64,000 bases of DNA from an uncultured Gammaproteobacteria bacterium (GCA_964408995.1 CAYPBP010000001.1:74823-138822); one strand, 5' to 3'. Positions 40,067 through 49,631 are shown, numbered from the stretch's first letter. Program-made: numbers and translations. The notes: generated from the letters alone by a model not told the origin.

Positions 40067-40906
40067 ATGATGAAACAAGTCAGTCAAATCCCAACCAACC
40101 AATTAGAACCAAACCCACTCCAACCTCGAGGCATAATCAACAATGAATCAATTTTAGAGTTGATTGAATCGATTAAAGAGCATGGAATATTAGAACCATT
40201 GATAATTGCTAAAACTCCAGCCGGATATCAAATAATTGCCGGAGAAAGGCGCTGGCGAGCTGCTAGAGCCCTTAAACTAGAATATGTTCCAGCCATAATA
40301 AAAGAAACCACTCCTCAACAAATGTTGGAAATGGCTATCGTTGAAAATGTTCAACGAAAAGATTTAAATCCAATGGAAAGGGCTAAGGCCTTTTTAAGAC
40401 TCAAAGAAGAATTTGATTTTGATAATAACCAAATTGCCAAAAGAGTTAGTAAAAGTGTTCCTTATGTCATTAATTGTCTTAAACTTTTAACTCTTCCAGA
40501 TGCCATCAAGGATGGACTTTTATCTGGACTAATCAGTGAAGGTCACGCCAGAGCTTTATCTGGAATAGGTGATATTCGATTAATGATTGAAGCTTATAAA
40601 ATAATTCTAAAAGAAAAAGCTTCTGTTCGCCGAGCCGAAGATATTGCTAGAAGAATGAGAAAAAAGATTGAAGAAGGGGATGTGCCAATTACTAAAGAAA
40701 ATTTACCTCAATTCTTAAAATCAAAAATTGATAATATTAGCCAAGATTTAGAATCTTTTTTTGATAATAAAACCACGTCAGTTAAAATTGTTCAAACTAA
40801 TATTTTAACTAAAGTAACTTTTCAGTTTAAAGGACCAATTGACCAAAGGTTCGATGAATTGAAAACTCTCTATAAACAAATCTGTAAAAAAGATCTTCAA
40901 AATTAA
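40067..40906 (+). CDS. parB: ParB/Spo0J chromosome partitioning protein
   Basis: LEPLIIAKTPAGYQIIAGERRWRAA is the ParB box. No parA gene lies adjacent in this window. Confidence 0.85.
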   Translation: MMKQVSQIPTNQLEPNPLQPRGIINNESILELIESIKEHGILEPLIIAKTPAGYQIIAGERRWRAARALKLEYVPAIIKETTPQQMLEMAIVENVQRKDLNPMERAKAFLRLKEEFDFDNNQIAKRVSKSVPYVINCLKLLTLPDAIKDGLLSGLISEGHARALSGIGDIRLMIEAYKIILKEKASVRRAEDIARRMRKKIEEGDVPITKENLPQFLKSKIDNISQDLESFFDNKTTSVKIVQTNILTKVTFQFKGPIDQRFDELKTLYKQICKKDLQN

Positions 40907-41493
40907 AAAGTAACTTTTGGAATAAAACCAAAATCAGATACTGGCCAATACCTAAGTAAAACTTTTCCTATAATTAAATCTTTATTAATTGGACCAAATT
41001 CTCGACCATCTCTTGAATGTTCTCTATTGTCACCAAAACATAAATATTGACCATCTGGAACAATCTGTTCAACTCCTTCTTGATTAAATTCACCAGGATC
41101 AGTCACATAATCACTTGGTAAAAAACTTTGATCTACCATTTTTCCATTGACATAAACTTGACTATCTTTAACCATCACAGTGTCACCAGGAACTCCAATT
41201 ACTCTTTTAATATATTCACAACCATCAACAGCACATTGTTCACCAGCAGGAGCCTTAAACACCACCACATCACCACGTTGCGGTTCTCCTAATTGATAGG
41301 ATATTTTTTCAGTTAATAAATATTGTTTATCAACAAAATTGGGAAACATTGAACTTCCACTAACTTGATTTGGCTGAGCCACGAAAAGATATAGAAGAAC
41401 AAAAACCGCCATAGCCAAAACAATTGATTGAATAAAATCTAAAATTACACCACCAATTGAACCCGTTTGATTTTTATATTTTTCTTTTACCAT
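40903..41493 (-). CDS. lepB: signal peptidase I
   Basis: GSSMFPNF (catalytic Ser) and GDNREHSRDGR (box E). Confidence 0.85.
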   Translation of the reverse strand: MVKEKYKNQTGSIGGVILDFIQSIVLAMAVFVLLYLFVAQPNQVSGSSMFPNFVDKQYLLTEKISYQLGEPQRGDVVVFKAPAGEQCAVDGCEYIKRVIGVPGDTVMVKDSQVYVNGKMVDQSFLPSDYVTDPGEFNQEGVEQIVPDGQYLCFGDNREHSRDGREFGPINKDLIIGKVLLRYWPVSDFGFIPKVTF

Positions 41494-41525
41494 ACTGCAT
41501 CATTATAGAGTAAATTCTTTTGACT

Positions 41526-41534
41526 TGGTATAAT
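41526..41534 (+). promoter_or_regulatory. extended -10 element (TGGTATAAT) upstream of tRNA-Val
   Basis: TGnTATAAT lies 12 nt upstream of the tRNA 5' end. Confidence 0.3.
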
Positions 41535-41545
41535 CTAATTCATTC

Positions 41546-41619
41546 GGTTGTTTAGCTCAGTTGGTTAGAGCGTTCCGTTCACATCGGAGAGGTCACAGGT
41601 TCGAGTCCTGTAACAACCA
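41546..41619 (+). tRNA. tRNA-Val (anticodon CAC)
   Basis: Manual cloverleaf: acceptor GGTTGTT/AACAACC, D-arm GCTCAGTTGGTTAGAGC, anticodon loop TTCACAT, T-arm ACAGGTTCGAGTCCTGT. No encoded CCA. Confidence 0.85.
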
Positions 41620-44130
41620 CTTTCTCATTGAATTAAAATTAAAGCTTTTAATTAATACTTCATTTCCATAATTCATAGCCACAAAATTATTAGCACAAAC
41701 ATTTGAATAATCTTTTTTGTTTATATTAATTTTGTTAGTTTTTAAAAGATCATCCATATCTTGATAACTCATAGCCACCATTTCACTATTAATAATCTTT
41801 TTACTATTTAAGCTAATTAAAAATCCAATTACCCCTTGGTAATCACTAATTTTTTTAAAACCATAATTAGCTAAATTTTTTGAACAAGTATTTGTCAAAG
41901 ACATCCAAATAGTTGAATTATCAATAATTTTTTGACTAACAATTCTTTCATTTTTCCTTAATCTAAAATTAAAAATACTTCCAATTAAAAGTCGTGATTG
42001 ATTCTTGTCTAAAAATTTTAAAGCATTTTTTAAATCAATATCGTTTTTATTAGAAACTAATAATGATTCAATATCCGATTTAATCATTGATTTCAAAAAT
42101 AAAACATTATTTTTTTCATTAATAATTTGTCCATCAATAGCATCAATTTTTATAGTCCCAATTTCTCCATTAACAACATTCTTTTCCCAATAAGACCAAT
42201 TATTATCATTAGTATTACCTGCCACCACATGCATCAAACCATTTCCAGTCCCAATAAAGTTAATATTACAATATTGGTAATTCTTATTCTTAATAATTAC
42301 AAAACCATCCTTTTCTAAAACAGGGGAATCATTACCACACTTAACTGAGTAATTAACTGGTGAACCCACAAAAACAACTACACTATTAGTTAAATCCTGA
42401 TTCTGAGTAATTACATTAACCTGACTTAACCCAATTTCTATCATTACCTGGTTAACAGTTTTATCAACAATATCACCATGATTACTATTAATCTCTATAA
42501 AGTTATTTCCTTTATAGTTAGCACTTTTAGTTAAAACTGTGCCATCACCGTTATTTGTATGTAAAATATTTTTAATTCTTCCATCTGGCCAAATTCCTAA
42601 AATTTTATCAAAAATACTATTATTTGTAAGTTCAACAGAACTCATAGTTTTATAATCTTTTCCAGAAAATAATTTAATCCCCGAAATTGAAGCAACTTGA
42701 TTTTTACTCATTAAAAAATTATTTTTTGTTTCCAACTTACTATTAGATAAAACAACTCCATTCTTTTTAACAAAATCAAAAGTTGGCAATAAATCTTTTA
42801 TTATTGGAGAATATTTTCTGGCTGCTGCCATATCACTTTTTTGATTTAAACCTTGAATCTTTAATAAAATTTTAAAAGCAATTGAACTAATATTAGACAA
42901 ATCAGAAATTTGACCACCATTCCAAACCTCATAACCATCAACTGATCCCAAATGTGGACTTCCAAGAGTTATAACCTTTTCTAATCTAGAATCATTTCTA
43001 TTATCTTCAGCCCAAATTCTAGAAGTCACTCCACCAAGACTATGACCAACTAAAATAACTTTTTCATTTGATGTAACTTTTTGATTAATAAAAATATTTA
43101 AATTAGCTACAATATCAACCAAAGGTTTTCTCCAATCATAATTCCAAACATAAAAATCTTCATTTTCCTTTAAACCATTTTGTTTTAATCCATTTATCAA
43201 CGCATCATAATTTGTTACAAAAGGTGTCATTTTCCATTTATCATTACCAACTGATTTATTGTAAACAATCGCATCCGAATTCCAACTAGCTCCCAACCCT
43301 GGAACAATAATAATTTTTGTTTTTGGGGTAGGAATTGGTGTAGGTGTTGGAGTTGGAGTTGGAATTATTGTTGGAGTAGGAGTAGGTGTGGGGGTGGGAG
43401 TGGGAGTAAAGGTTGGTGTTGGGGTAGGAGTTGGTGTTGGGGTAGGAGTTGGTGTTGGGGTAAGAGTTGGAACATTAAAATCACTAACAATCAAATTATC
43501 GAATAAATTTTTAGTCGATCTCTTAGAATAGTCACCTCCCCAATTAAAAAATCCAAAACTCCCAGCTAAAATAGGATTTTCATCATCAAAATCAATTATC
43601 AAAACTGAATCAAAATATATTTTGATATTAGAATCATCAACTTTAATTTCAACCAAATGAAACTGATTCTGAGTTAATTTATTTTCAAAATCATCAAAAG
43701 AATCTAATATTGTATAACCTGAAGCATAATTATATTTCATCAAAACAATCTTGCCACCATCTTGGGGCCAATAAGGATCTTTGTATCTTACACCTAATAT
43801 ATAATATTCTTTTCTATCCTCAGAAACTCTAAAAACAATATTTTGATCTACCCCAGTCTCATTTAGAGCATCAACTTTTATATAATAATTAGATAAATTC
43901 CAAAAAGATTTCGCTAACAAAAAAGAAGATCCTCCACGACTTACTTCTCCTACAAGTTTATTATCAACAATTTTCCAACCATCTGGATTAGAATTAGCAT
44001 TAATAAAAATCCAATTATCTAAATTGTTTTGATCAAAATTATCAAAAAAATAATTAACTCCAAGAACTGAATTAACATTAAATATAAATGTTAAAATTAG
44101 AATAGATATAAATAATATTTTTGTTTTCAT
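41593..44130 (-). CDS. large secreted protein with an N-terminal LamG/DUF1080-like domain, a (PT)n linker and an alpha/beta-hydrolase (lipase/LCAT-like) domain
   Basis: Signal peptide MKTKILFISILILTFIFNVNS. PTPTPTPTP linker of about 45 residues. GHSLGG nucleophile elbow. The C-terminal 9 codons are antisense to tRNA-Val. Confidence 0.55.
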   Translation of the reverse strand: MKTKILFISILILTFIFNVNSVLGVNYFFDNFDQNNLDNWIFINANSNPDGWKIVDNKLVGEVSRGGSSFLLAKSFWNLSNYYIKVDALNETGVDQNIVFRVSEDRKEYYILGVRYKDPYWPQDGGKIVLMKYNYASGYTILDSFDDFENKLTQNQFHLVEIKVDDSNIKIYFDSVLIIDFDDENPILAGSFGFFNWGGDYSKRSTKNLFDNLIVSDFNVPTLTPTPTPTPTPTPTPTPTFTPTPTPTPTPTPTIIPTPTPTPTPIPTPKTKIIIVPGLGASWNSDAIVYNKSVGNDKWKMTPFVTNYDALINGLKQNGLKENEDFYVWNYDWRKPLVDIVANLNIFINQKVTSNEKVILVGHSLGGVTSRIWAEDNRNDSRLEKVITLGSPHLGSVDGYEVWNGGQISDLSNISSIAFKILLKIQGLNQKSDMAAARKYSPIIKDLLPTFDFVKKNGVVLSNSKLETKNNFLMSKNQVASISGIKLFSGKDYKTMSSVELTNNSIFDKILGIWPDGRIKNILHTNNGDGTVLTKSANYKGNNFIEINSNHGDIVDKTVNQVMIEIGLSQVNVITQNQDLTNSVVVFVGSPVNYSVKCGNDSPVLEKDGFVIIKNKNYQYCNINFIGTGNGLMHVVAGNTNDNNWSYWEKNVVNGEIGTIKIDAIDGQIINEKNNVLFLKSMIKSDIESLLVSNKNDIDLKNALKFLDKNQSRLLIGSIFNFRLRKNERIVSQKIIDNSTIWMSLTNTCSKNLANYGFKKISDYQGVIGFLISLNSKKIINSEMVAMSYQDMDDLLKTNKININKKDYSNVCANNFVAMNYGNEVLIKSFNFNSMRKWLLQDSNL

Positions 44131-44163
44131 AAACACAGTTTAAATGTAAATTATTTACTAAAT

Positions 44164-45015
44164 ATGTCAATAGGCAAAATTACTTTAATAATTGTTAATT
44201 ATAATTCTTCAGAAAATACCAATAAATTATTGTCATCTATCAAGAAATATATTTATGAAAATATCGATGAAACAATAATTATTGATAATAATTCCAATGA
44301 TATTAAAAAACTAAATGTTAAAGATAATAAAATAAAATTAATTATAAACAACAAGAATTTAGGTTTTGCTAAAGCAGTTAATCAAGGAATAGATAAATCA
44401 AAAAATAAATTTATTATTTTATTAAATCCAGACACCACTGTAATCGATAAATCTATTTCAGAAACTATCAACTTAATAATTAAAGATAACAACATAGGTG
44501 TAATAGGTGGAAAAATAAAATATAAAAATAAAAAAATATTTTCTGCGAACAACAAACCAACATTTCTAACTGGTCTTTTTGAATTTACTAACCTTAAAAA
44601 GGTATTCCCAAACAATAAATATACATTAAAATTCTGGCCAGAAAAAAATAATAAAATAACAAGGTTAATTGAAGTATTTGGAATCTGTGGAGCTTATATG
44701 ATTTTCAGAAAAAATGATAAAAAAGGTAAAATAAATTATTTTAATGAAAATTATTTTTTATACTTAGAAGACTTGGATTTTTGTTTAGATATGAAAGCGA
44801 AAGGTTTTAAAATTATTTTTGACCCAAAATCAACAATACTGCATATTGGAGGTGGTAGTAGTAACAATAAGTACAATATGGCATTAAATTATTGGTATAA
44901 ATCAAGAAAAATATTTTTCAAAAATCATCTAAACAAATGTGAAGGTATAATACTAAATATAATATTCACAATAGAAGAGTTACTTTTAAAAACACGTCTT
45001 CTTATAAAACCATGA
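44164..45015 (+). CDS. family 2 glycosyltransferase
   Basis: ITLIIVNYNSSENT...IIIDNNSND is a GT2 motif. Confidence 0.75.
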   Translation: MSIGKITLIIVNYNSSENTNKLLSSIKKYIYENIDETIIIDNNSNDIKKLNVKDNKIKLIINNKNLGFAKAVNQGIDKSKNKFIILLNPDTTVIDKSISETINLIIKDNNIGVIGGKIKYKNKKIFSANNKPTFLTGLFEFTNLKKVFPNNKYTLKFWPEKNNKITRLIEVFGICGAYMIFRKNDKKGKINYFNENYFLYLEDLDFCLDMKAKGFKIIFDPKSTILHIGGGSSNNKYNMALNYWYKSRKIFFKNHLNKCEGIILNIIFTIEELLLKTRLLIKP

Positions 45016-45785
45016 TTAAACATCCACACATATCCATCCTACTTCTTTCCCATAATGAAGAAAAGAATCTTCAAAAATATTGGACATGGATTGATAGATG
45101 TAAAAGAATAAACGAAATAATTGTTATTGATGATAATTCCGATGACTCTACTCAACAAATATTAAAAAATCTAGAAACTTCAAAAGTTAAAGTTAAAATT
45201 TTTGAAAGGGAATTGAATAATAATTTTTCTGACCAACGTAATTTTGGTATCACCAAATGTACTAACAATTGGATTCTTTGGCTTGACGCTGATGAAAAAC
45301 CAAGCGGCAGTTTAATCCGATTTTTGAATCATATCGATAATCTTGAATATAAAAACTATGCCTTTAAAAGGCACGATATCTTTATTGGCAACGAGCTTAA
45401 GCATGGCGAAAACGCCAATCAATATTTCTTAAGATTTTTTAATAAAAAATATGGTCGCTTCACTGGCGCTGTTCATGAAGTTTGGCAAAGTCCAAAAGAA
45501 ATTTCATACAAAAAATTTCACATTCACCATTATCCTCACACATCTCTAAAATCATTTATCAAGAAACTGAATTTTTATTCAGACATCAGAGCTCAAGAAC
45601 TTTTTGATCAAAACCAAAGCAGTAATTTATTTGAAATAATTTTTTATCCAATGGGCAAATTTATCCAAGATTACTTTTTCAAACTAGGCTTTCTAGATTC
45701 CACCCCGGGCATAATCATGGCCCTTGGCATGAGTTTTCATTCATTTTTAGTTAGAGCCAAATTATGGCATTTATCACATCAATAA
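45012..45785 (+). CDS. family 2 glycosyltransferase
   Basis: ISILLLSHNEEKNL...IVIDDNSDDST...WLDADE (DxD). Confidence 0.75.
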   Translation: MIKHPHISILLLSHNEEKNLQKYWTWIDRCKRINEIIVIDDNSDDSTQQILKNLETSKVKVKIFERELNNNFSDQRNFGITKCTNNWILWLDADEKPSGSLIRFLNHIDNLEYKNYAFKRHDIFIGNELKHGENANQYFLRFFNKKYGRFTGAVHEVWQSPKEISYKKFHIHHYPHTSLKSFIKKLNFYSDIRAQELFDQNQSSNLFEIIFYPMGKFIQDYFFKLGFLDSTPGIIMALGMSFHSFLVRAKLWHLSHQ

Positions 45786-46840
45786 TTTATTTATCCACAA
45801 TTATTGTCTTCTTTTTTGGACAATTATTAAGAATTGAAATAATTAATATTTCATTTCCCGTCATTGATATTTTAATAGCTATTGTCTTTTGTTTTAATAT
45901 TTTCCAAAAAGTAAAAAATAAGGATTTTAAGGTAAAAAATAAATATTTACTTTATTTTTTAATTTTCGCTTGGCTTATTTTTTGGTTTAATTATTTTCGA
46001 TATCAATTTGATTTTATTAAGCCAATTTTATATTTATTTAGACTAACTTTTTTATTCTCTTTTCTAACTTTTCCACCAACAATACCTCAAAATTTAAAAA
46101 AAATATTTCACTTAATTATTTTTAGCAATATTATTTTTGGTCTAATTCAATATCTTATTTGGCCAAATTTTACTTACTTTAATTCTTTAAACTGGGATCC
46201 TCATTTATATCGTTTAGTCAGTACTTTTTTTGATCCAACTTTCACTGCTTTAATCTATTTATCTTTAATAATAATTGCCTTCTTGGACAAAAAATTTCCT
46301 CTAAGAAAAACCGTTTTAGCAATTTCTTATCTAGCTATGGTATTAACTTATAGCCGTTCCACTTATCTTTCTTTTTTAATTGCTTTTACTTTTATTTCTT
46401 ATCAAAAAAGAAATTTAAAAATCTTTATTTTAAGTTTAGTTTTAATTACTTCAACTGTTTTTTTCTTACCTAGACTTGAAGGCGAGGGGACTAAATTAGA
46501 GAGAACCTCGTCTATTAAAGCTAAAATTGAAAATTATAAAGAAGCTTTTAACTTATTTCTAAAAGCTCCAGTCATTGGACATGGATACAATAATCTTTCT
46601 TATCTCCGATCCATTACAAATCAGGATTCTCATGCTAATTCAGGCTTTGACGGCTCTTTGATGACCATTTTAACTACCACTGGCACTATAGGATTATTTT
46701 TATTTGTTTTGGGATTTAAAAAAACATTTAATCAAAGCAATTTAACCAAAAAAACAATTTTAATTTCCATCTTTTTTCATTCTCTTTTTGCCAATTCTCT
46801 TTTGTATCCCTTCATATTATTATTACTAATTTTTATTTAG
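45764..46840 (+). CDS. O-antigen ligase/polymerase-like polytopic membrane protein
   Basis: More than 9 TM segments and a Wzy_C-like periplasmic loop, located beside the GT2 genes. Confidence 0.55.
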   Translation: MAFITSIIYLSTIIVFFFGQLLRIEIINISFPVIDILIAIVFCFNIFQKVKNKDFKVKNKYLLYFLIFAWLIFWFNYFRYQFDFIKPILYLFRLTFLFSFLTFPPTIPQNLKKIFHLIIFSNIIFGLIQYLIWPNFTYFNSLNWDPHLYRLVSTFFDPTFTALIYLSLIIIAFLDKKFPLRKTVLAISYLAMVLTYSRSTYLSFLIAFTFISYQKRNLKIFILSLVLITSTVFFLPRLEGEGTKLERTSSIKAKIENYKEAFNLFLKAPVIGHGYNNLSYLRSITNQDSHANSGFDGSLMTILTTTGTIGLFLFVLGFKKTFNQSNLTKKTILISIFFHSLFANSLLYPFILLLLIFI

Positions 46841-47547
46841 TAAGTAATTGATATATTTTTTCTAGTTTCATTTAAAGCTACATCTCTGGCCACTATTTCA
46901 ATATCATTTTTACCAGAATTTAACTGCATTTTAAATTTAAAATTACCATCATCATTAACAATTGCTACTTTACCATTAACTAAAACACTAACCCCAGGTT
47001 CACTTTTTCCGATAATATCAAAATCTGCAAAATCAACAGTCAGCTTATCTTCAGCAGGATTCGTTATTGTTAACTCTGGGCCTTTATTGTCAAAAATAAC
47101 AATTATTGGTTTAGATGCTTGACTACTTCCATTTTTATCTTTTATAGCTACAGCTGAAAAACTATTATCACCGTCACTTAACTCAATATTGTCAAAAGAA
47201 AAGTCACCTTCTTCATTCACATCTACCTTTCCTACTGATTCTTCATTTTTAAGTAATTGAACCATCGACCCAGACTCAGCAAAACCACTAATTTTAATTT
47301 TACTACTATTTGTAGCTTCAAATGGAACTACTAATCTTGGAGCTAATGGAGCTAAAACATTATCATTGTTTGTATCTTTATTACTTTTTGTATTACCTAA
47401 AAGAATTGAAAATCTAATTAGTATAGGCAAACCAAAAACAATAATTAAAATTAAAATTGAAATCGTCAAAAAACCCAACCAAACGGTTTTCTTAGTTACT
47501 TGTTCTTCTTTTTTTCTTTCTAATCTCGATCTTTTAAAATCTGCCAT
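46837..47547 (-). CDS. membrane-anchored protein with bacterial Ig-like domains
   Basis: N-terminal TM, then beta-rich repeats (SGSMVQLLKNEESVGKVDVNEEGDFSF / GVSVLVNGKVAIVNDDGNFKF). Confidence 0.4.
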   Translation of the reverse strand: MADFKRSRLERKKEEQVTKKTVWLGFLTISILILIIVFGLPILIRFSILLGNTKSNKDTNNDNVLAPLAPRLVVPFEATNSSKIKISGFAESGSMVQLLKNEESVGKVDVNEEGDFSFDNIELSDGDNSFSAVAIKDKNGSSQASKPIIVIFDNKGPELTITNPAEDKLTVDFADFDIIGKSEPGVSVLVNGKVAIVNDDGNFKFKMQLNSGKNDIEIVARDVALNETRKNISITY

Positions 47548-47582
47548 AGGCCTGTCTATTATAACAAAAACATTTTTAAATT

Positions 47583-47700
47583 TATAAAATACTAAATACT
47601 AGCTATCAAATACTGATTTCAAAGGCCGAAATAAAAAGGTATTTTTATTTTTAATTTATATACCAAATACTTAATACCAAATACTAAATACTGATTTCAA
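47583..47700. repeat. heptamer repeats plus a 21-nt direct repeat that overlaps the tRNA-Thr 3' end
   Basis: AAATACTAAATACT and ACCAAATACTTAATACCAAATACTAAATACT. The direct repeat ATACTGATTTCAAAG[G/A]GCCGAA occurs at 47610-47630 and at 47688-47708. Confidence 0.5.
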
Positions 47701-47701
47701 A

Positions 47702-47774
47702 GAGCCGAAGGGGAGAGTCGAACTCCCGACCCCAGCTTTACGAAAGCTATGCTCTACCAACTGAGCTACTTCGG
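47702..47774 (-). tRNA. tRNA-Thr (anticodon CGT)
   Basis: The reverse complement folds with acceptor GCCGAAG/CTTCGGC, D-arm GCTCAGTTGGTAGAGC, anticodon loop TTCGTAA, T-arm GGGAGTTCGACTCTCCC. Confidence 0.85.
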
Positions 47775-47782
47775 CATCATAG

Positions 47783-47853
47783 GAGCGGCTAGAGGGAATC
47801 GAACTCTCGACCTATCCTTGGGAAGGATATGTTTTACCACTAAACTATAGCTG
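47783..47853 (-). tRNA. tRNA-Gly (anticodon CCC)
   Basis: The reverse complement has acceptor GCAGCTA/TAGCCGC (one A-C mismatch), D-arm GTTTAGTGGTAAAAC, anticodon loop TTCCCAA, T-arm GAGAGTTCGATTCCCTC (one mismatch). Confidence 0.7.
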
Positions 47854-47874
47854 CAGCCGTTTATTTTACCACGT

Positions 47875-48426
47875 CTATAGCTTTGGAATCTTGATTGTCA
47901 TTCCAATTTCCAATAATCCTGGATTACTGATTGCAGCCTTATTTTCTTGCCAAATCTTAGTCCATTTATATCCATCACCATAAGCCCTAACTGCAATTTT
48001 CCATAAACTATCATTTCTAACAACTTTGTATTCTCCTTGATCAATTTTATTTTCAGTCTTAGTAGCAGCTACTATCTTTGCTTCCACCACTGGCATTTTT
48101 AATTTTTGACCAGTATAAATAATTGAAACATTTTTAATATTATTTTCTTTGGCAATTTTTACCCAAATATAACCATCATTATATTGACTTTCAGCAATTT
48201 TCCACAAACTATCACCTTTTTTAACCACATATTCTCCTGATTTCTCACCAATATTTTCTGATAAATTTATATTAGTTGAACCAGGAACACCTATCGTCCC
48301 TTTCTTTCTTTGAACAAAATTAAAAATTAAAGAAACTATCACTACCACAATTGCTAACCCCAACAACATACTAACCAACTCTTCAGAAGATTTAATATAT
48401 TTTTTACCTGCTTTAATTAAAAACAT
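47875..48426 (-). CDS. LysM-domain peptidoglycan-binding protein
   Basis: N-terminal TM plus two LysM motifs (VKKGDSLWKIAESQY, YKVVRNDSLWKIAVRAY). Confidence 0.7.
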   Translation of the reverse strand: MFLIKAGKKYIKSSEELVSMLLGLAIVVVIVSLIFNFVQRKKGTIGVPGSTNINLSENIGEKSGEYVVKKGDSLWKIAESQYNDGYIWVKIAKENNIKNVSIIYTGQKLKMPVVEAKIVAATKTENKIDQGEYKVVRNDSLWKIAVRAYGDGYKWTKIWQENKAAISNPGLLEIGMTIKIPKL

Positions 48427-48506
48427 ATATTTATAAACAGCAACTAATAATTTTTTGCTGACTTATAATACTCTACAAAATAAAAACCAAATAGTCAATC
48501 GATTTG

Positions 48507-48809
48507 TTACTTTCTAACTCTAATTTTCATCTCACCAATAACATCTTTATCGAATATTCCAATAAAATCATCTATATTTTTAGCGAAAGCTTTGAGTGTT
48601 TCCATGTTTAACCTATAAATTCTTTGTTTTCCAAAAATTCTATTTTCAACCAAACTTGCTTTTTTTAAAATAGACAAATGATTTGATAAAGTTGCTTGAG
48701 TTATCTCAAAATTTTTTAACAATTCATTCACTGACATTTCTCCATTTTTTAATAAAGTTAAAATCTTTCTTCTGTTAATATCCGCCATCGCTTTGAATAT
48801 TTTGTCCAT
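48507..48809 (-). CDS. ArsR/SmtB-family transcriptional regulator
   Basis: ADINRRKILTLLKNGEMSVNELLKNFEITQATLSNHLSILKKASLV is the winged-helix ArsR signature. Confidence 0.8.
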   Translation of the reverse strand: MDKIFKAMADINRRKILTLLKNGEMSVNELLKNFEITQATLSNHLSILKKASLVENRIFGKQRIYRLNMETLKAFAKNIDDFIGIFDKDVIGEMKIRVRK

Positions 48810-48861
48810 AAATATATTATATCGACAAACATCAATATGTTCAATCTTAAAGACTAATTGT

Positions 48862-48972
48862 GTAGACGCGCCGCTGACGTGTATCTAAAATATATTAATA
48901 AACACAGCGCATCTATACATATTTTTAATAAACACCAATAGATACGCCACGCAACCGCGGGGCGTATCTATA
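48862..48972. promoter_or_regulatory. GC-rich palindromic operator-like repeats in the arsR/ndk divergent intergenic region
   Basis: ATAGATACGCC-N12-GGCGTATCTAT is an 11-bp inverted repeat. The related half-sites CGTGTATCTA and GCGCATCTATA lie upstream. The region is GC-rich against an AT-rich background. Confidence 0.4.
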
Positions 48973-49019
48973 GTTCATCAACTTGATTATTTTTTAAATT
49001 TCAGAGAAAATAGACCAAT

Positions 49020-49631
49020 ATGAAAAACTTTGATAACAAACAAGAACAAACACTCGTATTAGTTAAACCAGACGGTGTTCAAAGAGGTTTAATTGGTGAA
49101 GCCATTAAACGGTACGAACAATGTGGTCTTAAATTAGTTGCTATTAAAATGGTTCTTCCAAATAAAGAAATGGCCTTAACCCATTACTCAGTAGATCCAG
49201 AATGGCCTTTAAAAACAGGTACTAAAGCCATTGAAGCATGGAAAGCTAAAGGTCTTACTCCTCCAACAGAAGACCCAATTGAATTAGCCGAAGGTGTCCG
49301 CCAAACTCTAATTTCTTTTCTTACTAGTGGACCAGTTGTCGCTATGGTTTGGCAAGGTATGAACGCTGTTGGAGTTATTAGAAAAATTACTGGTAGTACT
49401 GAACCATTAACTTCTGCTCCAGGAACTATTCGTGGTGATTACACTATTGATTCATATCAAGCTTCAGATATAGATAAAAGATCAGTCAGAAATATAATTC
49501 ATGCTTCTGGCTCAGTTGAAGAAGCTCAAAAAGAAATGCCAATTTGGTTTAAACCAGAAGAAATTATCAACTATCGATTACTTAGTGAAGCTATTATTTA
49601 CGATGTAAATCTTGATGGAATTCTAGAGTAA
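49020..49631 (+). CDS. ndk: nucleoside diphosphate kinase (extended form)
   Basis: LVLVKPDGVQRGLIGEAIKRYE and the NIIHASGS active-site His. At 203 aa it is about 50 aa longer than a typical Ndk. Confidence 0.85.
   Translation: MKNFDNKQEQTLVLVKPDGVQRGLIGEAIKRYEQCGLKLVAIKMVLPNKEMALTHYSVDPEWPLKTGTKAIEAWKAKGLTPPTEDPIELAEGVRQTLISFLTSGPVVAMVWQGMNAVGVIRKITGSTEPLTSAPGTIRGDYTIDSYQASDIDKRSVRNIIHASGSVEEAQKEMPIWFKPEEIINYRLLSEAIIYDVNLDGILE

Noticed and set aside
43290-43460. Regular short DNA periodicity (GGTGTTGGGGTAGGAGTT-like units) that superficially resembles a repeat array or CRISPR
   Set aside because: It lies inside a long open reading frame and encodes the (PT)n linker of the secreted lipase. 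There are no spacer-like unique segments and no cas genes.
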